This document shows positions 25,647 to 35,086 of a stretch of DNA of 36,924 nucleotides, piece after piece. The position numbers and the translations under genes were made by a program. The stretch comes from Gemmatimonadales bacterium (GTDB taxonomy: Bacteria > Gemmatimonadota > Gemmatimonadetes > Gemmatimonadales > GWC2-71-9): assembly GCA_038326215.1 (NCBI GenBank), contig JBBQJU010000003.1:1-36924 (forward strand). The letters run 5' to 3'. Each line of letters opens with the position of its first letter. Within the stretch, counting starts at the first letter, position 1. The notes beneath the pieces were generated by a model, which was given only the letters and a program-made list of their open reading frames with translations, did no database searches and was not told where the DNA came from.

Positions 25647-28205
25647 TTGGCCGATACGACCCTCGAACGACTGCAAACCCACCTCGCCGACCGCTACGCG
25701 TTCGACCGAGAGCTTGGCCGTGGCGGTATGGCCACGGTCTTTCTGGCCCTGGACATCAAGCACGACCGCAAGGTGGCCGTCAAAGTGCTGCACCCGGACC
25801 TTTCGGCCTCGATCGGCGGCGAGCGCTTCGAGCGCGAGATCCGGGTCGCCGGCCGCCTGCAGCACCCGCACATCCTCGGGATGTACGACTCGGGCGTCTC
25901 CGATGGCCTCCTCTATTACGTCATGCCGTTCGTCGAGGGGGAGTCGCTCCGCGACCGCCTCGATCGCGAGGGCCAGCTCTCCGTCGAGGACGCGCTCCAG
26001 ATCACGCTGGAGGTCGCCGACGCGCTCGAGTACGCCCACAAGCAGCAGGTCATTCACCGCGACATCAAGCCGGAAAACGTCCTGCTCAGCGGCGGCCACG
26101 CACTGGTGGCCGACTTCGGTATCGCGCGCGCGGTCGAGGATGGCGCTCAGCAGCTGACGCAGACCGGAATGGCGCTCGGCACGCCGACCTATATGGCGCC
26201 GGAACAGGGGATGGGTGAGAAGGTCGGTGTGACCGCCGACATCTACTCGCTCGGCTGCATGCTGTTCGAGATGCTCGCCGGCGAGCCGCCCTTCAGTGGC
26301 AAGAACGCCTCGGCGATCCTCGCGAAGCATGTGATGGAGCAGGTCCCGTCCCTCCGGATCATCCGCCAGTCGGTGCCAGAAGACGTCGAGTACGCGATCT
26401 TCTGCGCGCTCGGCAAGTCGCCGGCCGACCGCCCGCAGAGTGCCGCGGCCTTCGCCGCCATGCTCGTCGCCGCGCCGATGCCGGCTGGTGCGACCTCGAC
26501 CCGCATGATGACGATGCGGCACACCACCGCGCGCCGCACCACCAGCGGGATGACCTCGGCGTTCGGTGTGGCCGCCCCGATGCCGGTGCCGCTCTGGAAG
26601 CGGCCGCTGGTGCTCGTCGGTCTCCTGCTGGTGCTCGCAGCGGGCGGGTTCGGTGCCTACAAGCTCGGTCTCGTCGGCACCAAGCCCCCGGCGCTGGCCG
26701 ACACCGGCGGCCTCTCGAAAAAGCGCATCGCCGTGCTCTATTTCCAGAGCTTGAGCGGCGGCGATTCCCTCTCGGCGCTCGCCGATGGGCTCACCGAAGC
26801 GCTCATCGAAAATCTGAATACCGTGCCGAGCCTCGCGGTCATCTCGGCCGGCGGTGTCGGCCAGTACCGCGGCAACGACTCGATTCCGCCGGAAGAGATC
26901 GGCACGTCGCTGAACGCCGGCACGCTGGTGAAGGGGACGCTCGAGAAGCAGGGCGACAAGATCAAGGTCTCGGTCCGACTGATTGATGGCAATTCGGGCA
27001 GTGACTTCGGCGACCGAAAGAGCTTCCTCGTCGAGGGCCGCAACTTTGCCGCGGCGCGCGACTCGACTGCCCGCGAGGTCGCGACGCTGATCCAGGAAGG
27101 GATCGGCCTCGAGGTGCTGCTGAAGCAGCAGCGCCAGGGCACCTCGAACAATGACGCCTGGCTGCTGGTGCAGCGGGCCGAGCGGCTCCGGAAGACGGCG
27201 GCAGCTACGAAGGGCGATAGTGCGCTCTTGATCCGCGCGCAGGCCGACACCCTCCTCGCGCAGGCCGAGTCACTCGACCCAAAGTGGCCCGACCCGATCA
27301 TCGCGCGGGCCCGATTGGCGTACGAAACATCACGCCGGAGCCCCGACCCGATCGAGGCCAAGGCCCCGATCGATGCAGGGCTGGCGCACATCAACCGTGC
27401 CCTGGCCTTGCAACCACAGGATGCCAACGCGCTGGAGTTGCGCGGCAACCTGCAGTACTGGCGCTACCTGGTGAAGGTCGACGCCGAGAAGGAGAAGATC
27501 GAGGCCCTGCTGATGCAGGCGCGCGCCGATCTGGAGAAGGCGACCGAACTCAACCCGAATCAGGCTGGGGCGTGGGCGTCGCTGTCGCACCTCTACTACT
27601 TCATTCCGGAAGTACCGCCGATCGACATCTACAAGGCGGCCGACAAGGCATGGGAGGCCGACGCCTTCCTTGCCAACGCGCAGACCGTCTTGAACCGACT
27701 GATCCTCTCCTCGTACGACGTCGAGGATTTCGTGAACGCAAAGCGGTGGTGCGACGAGATGCAGCGCCGGTACCCCGCCTCGGCCCAGGCACCGCGGTGC
27801 CAACTGTATCTCGAGACGGCGAAGAAGAAGGAGTGGGACGTCGCGTTGGCGTGGAAGCTCGCCGACTCGATCACGGCGCTGGCGCCGAAGCCGTCCCAGC
27901 AATTCGAACGCTTCAAGAGCGACCTGCTGGTGGCAGCGGTCCTCGCCCGCGCCGGACTCGGCGACAGCGCCAAGCAGGTGGTCAATCGGTCGCGTGGTAA
28001 TCCTGAGATCGACCCGAACCTTGAGTTGCCGCAATACGCCGCCTTCGTCGACGGGCTTCGGGGCGACACGACGGCGGCCCTGGCCGACCTGAAGGTCTTC
28101 ATCTCCAAGAGCGACGACCGCCGGAAGGCCATGGCAGCCTACCCTGGCTGGTGGTACCGACCGATCGCCGAAGCACCCGGCTTCAAGAAGCTGCTGGTCA
28201 ACTAG
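25647..28205 (+). CDS. Hanks-type Ser/Thr protein kinase with TM helix, TolB-N/FlgO-like domain and TPR repeats
   Basis: LGRGGMATV, VAVKVL, HRDIKPEN, DFGIA, GTPTYMAPEQ, DIYSLG, then a TM segment, RIAVLYF..LADGLTEALI and TPR-like helices. TTG start with GAGG. Confidence 0.95.
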   Translation: MADTTLERLQTHLADRYAFDRELGRGGMATVFLALDIKHDRKVAVKVLHPDLSASIGGERFEREIRVAGRLQHPHILGMYDSGVSDGLLYYVMPFVEGESLRDRLDREGQLSVEDALQITLEVADALEYAHKQQVIHRDIKPENVLLSGGHALVADFGIARAVEDGAQQLTQTGMALGTPTYMAPEQGMGEKVGVTADIYSLGCMLFEMLAGEPPFSGKNASAILAKHVMEQVPSLRIIRQSVPEDVEYAIFCALGKSPADRPQSAAAFAAMLVAAPMPAGATSTRMMTMRHTTARRTTSGMTSAFGVAAPMPVPLWKRPLVLVGLLLVLAAGGFGAYKLGLVGTKPPALADTGGLSKKRIAVLYFQSLSGGDSLSALADGLTEALIENLNTVPSLAVISAGGVGQYRGNDSIPPEEIGTSLNAGTLVKGTLEKQGDKIKVSVRLIDGNSGSDFGDRKSFLVEGRNFAAARDSTAREVATLIQEGIGLEVLLKQQRQGTSNNDAWLLVQRAERLRKTAAATKGDSALLIRAQADTLLAQAESLDPKWPDPIIARARLAYETSRRSPDPIEAKAPIDAGLAHINRALALQPQDANALELRGNLQYWRYLVKVDAEKEKIEALLMQARADLEKATELNPNQAGAWASLSHLYYFIPEVPPIDIYKAADKAWEADAFLANAQTVLNRLILSSYDVEDFVNAKRWCDEMQRRYPASAQAPRCQLYLETAKKKEWDVALAWKLADSITALAPKPSQQFERFKSDLLVAAVLARAGLGDSAKQVVNRSRGNPEIDPNLELPQYAAFVDGLRGDTTAALADLKVFISKSDDRRKAMAAYPGWWYRPIAEAPGFKKLLVN

Positions 28206-28231
28206 CCGTCGCGGACCCTCAGCGCCGTTCG

Positions 28232-28262
28232 ACGCCCCACCCTGCCCCGGGTGGGGCGTTTG
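28232..28262 (+). terminator. Probable intrinsic terminator after the kinase gene
   Basis: ACGCCCCACCC-tgcccc-GGGTGGGGCGT stem followed by only a short T run. Confidence 0.6.
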
Positions 28263-28452
28263 GCGTTCGCCCGCGAGAAAACGACCCGTCGTCGCTGGCC
28301 TACAGGGGTGTGACATTTGTGCAACAGCATTGCGGGTCCGCTCGCTGTGGCGTATATCAATCGTGATAGGGAGTGGTAGGGTGACGCGCAGGCACCACGG
28401 AGGTGTCGAGCATTCCTTGCCATCCTCCCACTGATTTTCCTCCGGAGGCACT

Positions 28453-31044
28453 GTGCGCCGTTCCCCCTGGTTGCCGGTTGCAACGATCGTGTTGCTGGCG
28501 TCGGCCTGCACCGATTCGACCTCGGTGACTGATCTGCCCGAGCAGCGCCGTCCGCTGGCCGCGGGCATGGCCGGATGCACCTTTGATCCCGTGGGGATCC
28601 AGAGCCAGCTCTCGGCCAGCTTCTCCGGAGCCTCGCTGACGGGCGGCGCGAACGCGACGTGGAACGCGCTGGTCGCCGCCAACAACGCCAACAATCCGAC
28701 ACTCGCGACGGCGAAGGCGTTCGAACTCGCCGGCTTCATGCTGCGCCAGGATTCGCTGGGACTGGTCGCGCTCGCGCCGGATGCGATCGCGTCCCTGTTG
28801 AATCAGGTGTTCTGCGCCGTGGGGATCGAAGCCGGAGTGAGCAATCCTCGGGAGACGTGGATCGTGCGCGTCGGCGATCCGGTGGTCACGATGGCCACCC
28901 AAGATCGGCAGTCGGGCGCCCAGTTCCCGCCGGATGCTGTGGTCGAGAATACCATCGTGACGGTCAAGCGGCTGTCCGACCCGAATGCGGTGCAGACGCC
29001 ACTGGACAAGTACCCGTTCATCTACGACTGGTCGGTATCGCCAACCCAGACGCTCAAGCCCGGGACGAAGGCGATTGTCGGGGTCTGTCCGAATCCCGCC
29101 GCGCTCACTGGCGTCCCCACCGGCGAACTTGACGCGTTGCTCGCGCGGCTCGTCCTCGGCCATCAAGCCGGGCCGAACAACTTTGAGGTGCTCGCCCGGG
29201 TGCCTGTGCCGACCGAACTGGGACTCGCGTGCGGGACGGTTACCACGTCGGGAATGCCGTCAGGGTGGGGCGGCCGGGTACTCAACACCTTGGCGAGCAT
29301 GGTGCTGCCGGCACCGCTGGCGGCCGCGCGGGCCGGCTCGGGCGGCATCGGTGGCGCGACCAGTGAGTTCTCACCGTTCGAGCCGGTCGACCCGCAGTTG
29401 TTTGCCTCGGGTGGCGTGGGTGGGTCGACGAGTGAATTTGTCCGGGACGCCCTGCTGGTCAGCACCATCGACGGCACCGTCGGCACGACTCGCGGCGGAG
29501 CGGGCCTGCCCAGCGTCACGGTCAAGACGCGGCTCGGGACGCCGATTCCTGGTGTCATCGCCACTTGGGTGGCCGCCCCCTCCACGGTGGCGCCGTACAA
29601 CGCGACGCCAGGCAACGCCTCCGTCTGCGGCGCAGATGCCGCCACGAACGCCGCCGGCACCGCGGCGGTCAGTTGCATCAACTTCGGCACGACGGCATTG
29701 CTCCGCACGGCCTACACGAAGCTCACCGCGGTCCTGATGCCACCCTCGAATCTTGACCCCGAGGTGATCGAGTTTGTCCCTGAGGTGCCGAGCTGGCTGA
29801 TCGCCTCGTACGGGGCGAGTACGTTGGTCTTTACCCAGCCATCGGTCGGGACCTTCCTAGCGGGTGCGGCGATCCCGGCGCGGGTTGAAATTCGCTCGGA
29901 TCTAGGCGCGGTCGTGTCGACCGTGACGACGCCGGTGACGCTCTCGCTCAACAAGAACAGCTTCCAGGGCGGTGCCACCACGAAGGTGGCCACAGCCGTC
30001 AACGGGGTGGCCACCTTCAGTAGCACGATCGTGGACGCGGCGACCGGCTACCGCTTCGCCGCCGCGGCGACACTGGGCAATGCGGGCATCGTCTCGAGCA
30101 CGACGGGGAGCACCCTCTTCGAGGTCCTGGCCAGCAGCGCCTTGCGGCTGGTGGTCGTCGGCCCGACCGAGTACGGCAAGGTGGCGACTGGTGCCGTTGA
30201 CCCGACGCCAACCGTGCGAGTGACCGACGAGTTCAACAATCCGAAGAGCGGCGTCCCGATCTTCTGGACGCAAGGCGGCGCGACGGGCGCCACTGTGAAT
30301 GGATCACCGTTGCCGATCATGACCCCCACCGGCACCGATGGCGCTGCGTCGGCCACGTGGGTGCCGGGTGAAGGGGAGAACCAACTGCGCGCATCACTGC
30401 AGACCGCCCCCGGCGGGACGGAGCTCTTTTACAGCGCGACGCGGAACTCGAGCTACGCCACGATCAACAGCTGTTCACCGGGCGCGGCGCGCGACGATAT
30501 CGCCACGAACTACATCACCATCCCGGGTCCGGTGGGTGGCAGCGGGTTGATTCGGTCGATCGGCCTCTACCTCGCCGCCGAGACCCGAGCCGGACAAATC
30601 GGTCCGATCGGCTACCCGCTCACGCTGGTGGCCGAGCGGGTGGTGAGAAACGCCGCGACCGGCGCGCAGCAGACGCAGTCGTTCAGCGCCTCGGCCGCTG
30701 CGTTCCTCGGCGGTGACAATGGCGTGATCGGTGGCGCCGATCGTCTGGTCACCTTCCAATTCCAGATCGACCCGTTGCCGAATGCCCAGTTGGTGACGCG
30801 GAACCGGCAGCCCGAGCTGGTGCTCCGCTTCCAGTTGCCAACCGGCGGCTACGGGACGCGCATCACCTTCAATGGCGGTCCCTGCGCGCCTGGCAGGAAC
30901 TGCTCGCCGCCGCCGGGATGCAGCGCCACGCAATCGGTGCTGCCCTTCCCCAACGCGACGATCTTCCGCAAGAGTGTCGCGATCATCGTGCGCGGCCGAT
31001 TCACGGACGAGGAAGAGGATCGCCGACTCGGCCGCTCGCGCTGA
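28453..31044 (+). CDS. Large lipoprotein with Ig-like (Big_1-type) domains, function unknown
   Basis: Lipobox LLASA-C and GGAGG RBS. Ig-like strands (PSVTVKTRLGTPIPGV; PTVRVTDEFNNPKSGVPIFW..TDGAASATW), duplicated GG[IV]GGxTSEF motif, Cys pairs. Confidence 0.75.
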   Translation: MRRSPWLPVATIVLLASACTDSTSVTDLPEQRRPLAAGMAGCTFDPVGIQSQLSASFSGASLTGGANATWNALVAANNANNPTLATAKAFELAGFMLRQDSLGLVALAPDAIASLLNQVFCAVGIEAGVSNPRETWIVRVGDPVVTMATQDRQSGAQFPPDAVVENTIVTVKRLSDPNAVQTPLDKYPFIYDWSVSPTQTLKPGTKAIVGVCPNPAALTGVPTGELDALLARLVLGHQAGPNNFEVLARVPVPTELGLACGTVTTSGMPSGWGGRVLNTLASMVLPAPLAAARAGSGGIGGATSEFSPFEPVDPQLFASGGVGGSTSEFVRDALLVSTIDGTVGTTRGGAGLPSVTVKTRLGTPIPGVIATWVAAPSTVAPYNATPGNASVCGADAATNAAGTAAVSCINFGTTALLRTAYTKLTAVLMPPSNLDPEVIEFVPEVPSWLIASYGASTLVFTQPSVGTFLAGAAIPARVEIRSDLGAVVSTVTTPVTLSLNKNSFQGGATTKVATAVNGVATFSSTIVDAATGYRFAAAATLGNAGIVSSTTGSTLFEVLASSALRLVVVGPTEYGKVATGAVDPTPTVRVTDEFNNPKSGVPIFWTQGGATGATVNGSPLPIMTPTGTDGAASATWVPGEGENQLRASLQTAPGGTELFYSATRNSSYATINSCSPGAARDDIATNYITIPGPVGGSGLIRSIGLYLAAETRAGQIGPIGYPLTLVAERVVRNAATGAQQTQSFSASAAAFLGGDNGVIGGADRLVTFQFQIDPLPNAQLVTRNRQPELVLRFQLPTGGYGTRITFNGGPCAPGRNCSPPPGCSATQSVLPFPNATIFRKSVAIIVRGRFTDEEEDRRLGRSR

Positions 31045-31062
31045 GCCGCGGCCGCACGCCCG

Positions 31063-31590
31063 TCAGACCTTCACCACCGACGCGGACCAGCCTGCCTGGT
31101 CCGCGTCGCTTTTATGCATGCTGCCAACGTGGACGATGAGCTCGCTGCCGGTGTGGGTGATCGAGAAGCGATCCATGTTGCGTGTCGCACGCCCGGCGAT
31201 GAACGTGCCGTCGGGCTGGTAGCGCGACTTGTGCTTGGGGCACTGGAACTCGTTCTTCCCGTCGGTCCACCGCAGCGCCGTGCGCTGGTGCGGGCAGGAA
31301 AGGTTGAACGCCCAGACGCTCTTCTGCCAGCGCACCAGGATGACCTCGTTCACCTTGTCGATCTGCACCCCGTCCACGGTCGGCACGGGATAGGTGGGGT
31401 CGGCACCAATGCGGCCACTGGCCGTGACATCGCGCGGCCGCATCGCCGCGGCGAGCTCGGCGGGGATACCAGCTACCAGCAGGGCACCCATCGCCGCCAG
31501 GCCAATCTCCTTCAGGAACTCCCGGCGAGGCCGGGTCAGTTCGCAGCCTTCGCAGGCGGCGTCCTCGTCATGCGCACGACGATCGATCAC
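31063..31590 (-). CDS. Tat-exported Rieske [2Fe-2S] protein
   Basis: RREFLKEIG twin-arginine leader; CPHQ and CPKH boxes; SRYQPDG. GTG start at 31590 with GAGG RBS. Confidence 0.9.
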   Translation of the reverse strand: MIDRRAHDEDAACEGCELTRPRREFLKEIGLAAMGALLVAGIPAELAAAMRPRDVTASGRIGADPTYPVPTVDGVQIDKVNEVILVRWQKSVWAFNLSCPHQRTALRWTDGKNEFQCPKHKSRYQPDGTFIAGRATRNMDRFSITHTGSELIVHVGSMHKSDADQAGWSASVVKV

Positions 31591-31642
31591 AACAACCTCA
31601 CGGACGGGGAGAGGAACTCCAGATACAACAGCGAGCGCGCCA

Positions 31643-32143
31643 TCATGCCGCGTTGACCAACACCACCCCGACGACGGCGGTGCTGACCCAGAGGATGAGG
31701 GAGAGCCAACTCGCGAGGCGCAATCGACCCCAGTGCGCATCGGTTGGCTCCCGTCGGAGCAGCACCTCGGCACGGAGCATGACGAGGCCGTTCACCGCGA
31801 GGAGGAGCACCAGACCGAGCTTCACCAGAAAGGCCGGCGACGCCGAGAAGGTCTCGACGTCCGAGGCCGCGAGGGCGATCCCGCTGAGGACGAGCGCGAC
31901 CAATCCGAGCTTCACCGGCACGTGGGTCTGCTGCAGTTCGTCCAGCATCGCGTTGCGGTGGCTGCTCTCGCGGCGAATGGCGCGCAGCGTCAGCCGATCC
32001 GCCGCGACGGCGATGCCGCCACCGACCAGCATCGCCACCACGTGCACCGAGGTCACCACGATCTCGGTGAGTCGGGAATCACTGTAGAACGCCTGCCAGG
32101 GCGCGCACCAGCGCGTCAGCGTCTCGATCAGTGTGGCGAGCAT
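31643..32143 (-). CDS. Four-TM membrane protein (DUF6644/CopD-like)
   Basis: ATG 32143 overlaps the upstream TGA. HVVAMLVGGG, SGIAL, FLVKLGLVLLLAVNG, SLILW. Confidence 0.7.
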   Translation of the reverse strand: MLATLIETLTRWCAPWQAFYSDSRLTEIVVTSVHVVAMLVGGGIAVAADRLTLRAIRRESSHRNAMLDELQQTHVPVKLGLVALVLSGIALAASDVETFSASPAFLVKLGLVLLLAVNGLVMLRAEVLLRREPTDAHWGRLRLASWLSLILWVSTAVVGVVLVNAA

Positions 32144-32778
32144 CAATCCTTCCAGAGCCACATCATGACCGTCGATGCCGTGGCGAGGCTCATCGAGGCG
32201 ATCGCCCTGGTGCGGTGGGTCCGTGCTCCCGCATTCGACTCTCGGGCCCCTTCGGCAGCGGCCGCGGTCCAGAGGAAACCGGCATCGGCGGCAAGCATGG
32301 TGATCGCGTGCATCCACCGACGGGTTCGACCGGACGGATCCTTGCGCGACGCATACAGGTTGAGGCCGCCGGTGATGGTATTGACCGTGAAGAGGACGCC
32401 CAGTCCCGCGGCCACGGCGGAGTGTGCGCCACGGGCACTTGACCGACTGCCCCCATCCTCGCCGCCCTGATTCACACCATTACGCTGATCGCGCAGCAGT
32501 TTCTCGCCGAGAAAGTACTCGCCGATGAACAGCGGGATCTCGGCCACGCTGGCGAGCTGATGAATCTTGAGCCGCACGCCGTAGGCATCGCTGTACTCGA
32601 TGGCCTTGAGCCGACCGGTATCGGCCGGTGCCTGCTGCACCCCGACGGCCAGCGAGGCCACGCAGGCGCCGCAGCCAGCGGTGTTCGACGGCGATGGTGC
32701 GGGAACGAGTTGTTGCGCGGGGAGCGGCATGGTGCTGCCGAGCGATACCGCGAAGACAAGCATTGCAAACCTGCGCAT
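32143..32778 (-). CDS. Membrane protein with signal peptide and four His-bearing TM helices (cytochrome b561-like candidate)
   Basis: ATG 32778 with GGAG RBS; signal ending LPA|QQ. His in KIHQLAS, AHSAVA, WMHAITM and THRTRAIAS, each at the start of a hydrophobic helix. Confidence 0.65.
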   Translation of the reverse strand: MRRFAMLVFAVSLGSTMPLPAQQLVPAPSPSNTAGCGACVASLAVGVQQAPADTGRLKAIEYSDAYGVRLKIHQLASVAEIPLFIGEYFLGEKLLRDQRNGVNQGGEDGGSRSSARGAHSAVAAGLGVLFTVNTITGGLNLYASRKDPSGRTRRWMHAITMLAADAGFLWTAAAAEGARESNAGARTHRTRAIASMSLATASTVMMWLWKD

Positions 32779-33113
32779 GGACGACTCCGACGAAGCATCA
32801 GGGTGAACCAGGGATCGAGCGCGAACCATCACCACGGCACTCCATGCAATCACTACAAAAGACGCCCGTTCGGCAACGCCAGACACGCCCATGCAATGGG
32901 GATCGCTGCGATCGGATTAACCCGTCCCTCCGGGGCCCCGTGGTGTGCGCCAATGGACGCAGCAGGACTCGCACCGTCAGACTGTCTGGACCTTCCGCGC
33001 CGTGGGCATCGCCGCTTGACAACCACCTGCGTCTGCGGGAGCTTCCCACAGCTCGTGGACCACCGAGTCAGTGCCTGGCGCCATGTCCGGTGACCGTTTG
33101 CCACCAGCATGCC

Positions 33114-34358
33114 ATGAAGGAGACGTCCACGAGCACCCCCGCCATGCCTGACAGCGACCGACTGGAGCAACTGGTACTGGCTGGGCTCGCCCTGACCTCG
33201 GAGGCGTCGCTCGACGGGGTGCTGCGCCGCGTCGTCGCCATCGCCGCGGAGGTGATCGGTGCGAGCTATACCGCGATTGGCATCCTCGCGCCGGATGGCC
33301 ATCACCTTGAGCGATTCGTCACCCACGGGGTCAGCGAGGCCGAGCAGGCGGCGATGGGCCCACCCCCGTCTGGGCATGGCGTCCTGGGCCTGATCCTGCG
33401 GGAGGGACGCCCGATCCGGCTTCCCGATCTCGCGCGACACCCCGACTCCTGCGGATTCCCGCCGCATCACCCGCCGATGCACTCGCTGCTGGGCGTCCCG
33501 ATCATCGGACGGCGCGGAGTGGTCGGGAACCTCTACCTGACCGAGAAGCTCGGCCAGGCCGTATTCAGCGACGAGGACGAGCACGTCGCCGTGTTGCTCG
33601 CCGCGATGTCGGCCGCCGCGGTCGAGAACGCGCGATTGCACGAGGAGAGCGCCCAACTGCTGGTCGAGGTGCATCAGCTCCAGCGCGCCCGTGAGCGGTT
33701 CTTCGCGATGGTCAACCATGAACTGCGCAACGCCCTGACCGCCGTCTACGGTTGGTCCGAGCTGCTGGTCCGCAAGCAGGATCGCGCGACGGCCCCGCGG
33801 GCGGCCTTCGAGGTGTATGATGCCGCCCAGCAGGCCATCGACCTGATCAGCGACCTCCTCGACCTGAGCCGCCTGGATGAAGATCGCCTCAAGCCCGTCG
33901 TGCGGCGCGTTGATGCCGTCGCGCTGGCGCAACGCGCAACCTCGCGGGCCACGCCCGCCGCGAACGTCAAGCGGATCCGCCTCGAACTGGTGCTGGCCGA
34001 TGGCCTGCCAACGATCGAGACCGATGCCAGTCGTGTGGAGCAGATTTTGATGAACCTGCTCACCAACGCCATCAAGTACAGCCCCGCCGGTACCACCGTG
34101 CGACTCTCGGTGCGCCGGGAAGGGGGGATGGTCCGCTATCTGGTGGAAGACGAGGGGCCCGGCATCCGCGAGGCGGAGGTCGAGCAGATTTTCGACGTCT
34201 ACGTGACCACGGCGGAAGGGGAGAAGCAGGGCGTGGGACTCGGCCTGCCGTTGTCTCGCCGACTGGCCCGCCTCCTGGGTGGTGACCTCTCCGCCGTGCC
34301 CCGGGCTGGGGCTGGGCTCTTCCACCTTGATCTCCCGATTGCCCGGACGTCCCCTTGA
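33114..34358 (+). CDS. Cytoplasmic GAF-domain sensor histidine kinase (DosS/DevS-like GAF)
   Basis: GHGVLG, GFPPHHPPMHSLLGVPI, GNLYLTEK, H-box NHELRNALT, N-box NLLTNAIKYS, DEGPGI, GLGLPLS. Alternative start ATG 33144. Confidence 0.92.
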   Translation: MKETSTSTPAMPDSDRLEQLVLAGLALTSEASLDGVLRRVVAIAAEVIGASYTAIGILAPDGHHLERFVTHGVSEAEQAAMGPPPSGHGVLGLILREGRPIRLPDLARHPDSCGFPPHHPPMHSLLGVPIIGRRGVVGNLYLTEKLGQAVFSDEDEHVAVLLAAMSAAAVENARLHEESAQLLVEVHQLQRARERFFAMVNHELRNALTAVYGWSELLVRKQDRATAPRAAFEVYDAAQQAIDLISDLLDLSRLDEDRLKPVVRRVDAVALAQRATSRATPAANVKRIRLELVLADGLPTIETDASRVEQILMNLLTNAIKYSPAGTTVRLSVRREGGMVRYLVEDEGPGIREAEVEQIFDVYVTTAEGEKQGVGLGLPLSRRLARLLGGDLSAVPRAGAGLFHLDLPIARTSP

Positions 34359-34374
34359 ACTGGAGCGGTGACCA

Positions 34375-35058
34375 ATGAAGTTGCTGGTCGTGGAGGACGA
34401 GCGCAAAGTCGCCTCCTTCATCAAGCACGGGCTGGAGGAGGAGGGACATTCGGTTGATGTCGCCGTCGACGGCGAGGAGGCCACGTTGCTCGCCCACGTG
34501 GGCGACTACGACGCGATCCTCCTCGATGTCATGCTCCCGAAGAAGAACGGCTTCCAGGTGGTGCTTGAATTGCGCCGCGAAGGCCGAACGACGCCAATCC
34601 TGATGCTCACCTCGCGGGACGCCCCGGAGGACGTGATCCACGGGCTCGATGCCGGCGCGGACGATTACCTCGCGAAGCCCTTTCGCTTCGACGAGTTGCT
34701 CGCGCGCCTACGGGCACTGACTCGGCGCGGCGGGGCGCAGCGGCTCGACACCCTGCAATACGACGTGGTAGCGATGGATCGCCTGCAGCATCGGGCGACC
34801 GTCCACGGGGCGCTGCTCGAGCTCACCCCGAAAGAGTTCCAGTTGCTGGAGTTCTTTCTGTTGCATGCCGAGCAGGTGATCCGCCGGACCACCCTCCTGG
34901 AGAAGGTGTGGGACATGCATTTTGACCCCGAAAGCAACGTCGTTGATGTCCACGTGGGTAACTTGCGGCGCAAACTGAACAGCGCGGCCGGTGTGCCACT
35001 GTTGCAGACGTTGCGCGGCGTTGGCTTCCTGCTCCGCCGCGAGCACGCGGCACCCTGA
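34375..35058 (+). CDS. OmpR/PhoB-family response regulator
   Basis: LLVVEDE, LLDVMLP, GADDYLAKPF, LTPKEF, SNVVDVHVGNLRRKL, TLRGVGF. Confidence 0.95.
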   Translation: MKLLVVEDERKVASFIKHGLEEEGHSVDVAVDGEEATLLAHVGDYDAILLDVMLPKKNGFQVVLELRREGRTTPILMLTSRDAPEDVIHGLDAGADDYLAKPFRFDELLARLRALTRRGGAQRLDTLQYDVVAMDRLQHRATVHGALLELTPKEFQLLEFFLLHAEQVIRRTTLLEKVWDMHFDPESNVVDVHVGNLRRKLNSAAGVPLLQTLRGVGFLLRREHAAP

Positions 35059-35086
35059 CGACGCCCGACCATCCCCGCGGAACCTC

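Noticed and set aside
28309-28328. TGTGA-N6 CRP/FNR-like site upstream of the lipoprotein
   Set aside because: Only one half-site matches (TGTGA-catttg-TGCAA), which is too weak to call.
1823-32205. Frequent GCGATCGC (HIP1-like) octamers
   Set aside because: Mostly explained by Ala-Ile-Ala codons in a high-GC genome; a codon-aware enrichment test would be needed.
32628-33113. 162-aa N-terminal extension of the histidine kinase
   Set aside because: It overlaps the divergent gene and its promoter region and has no domain-like character.
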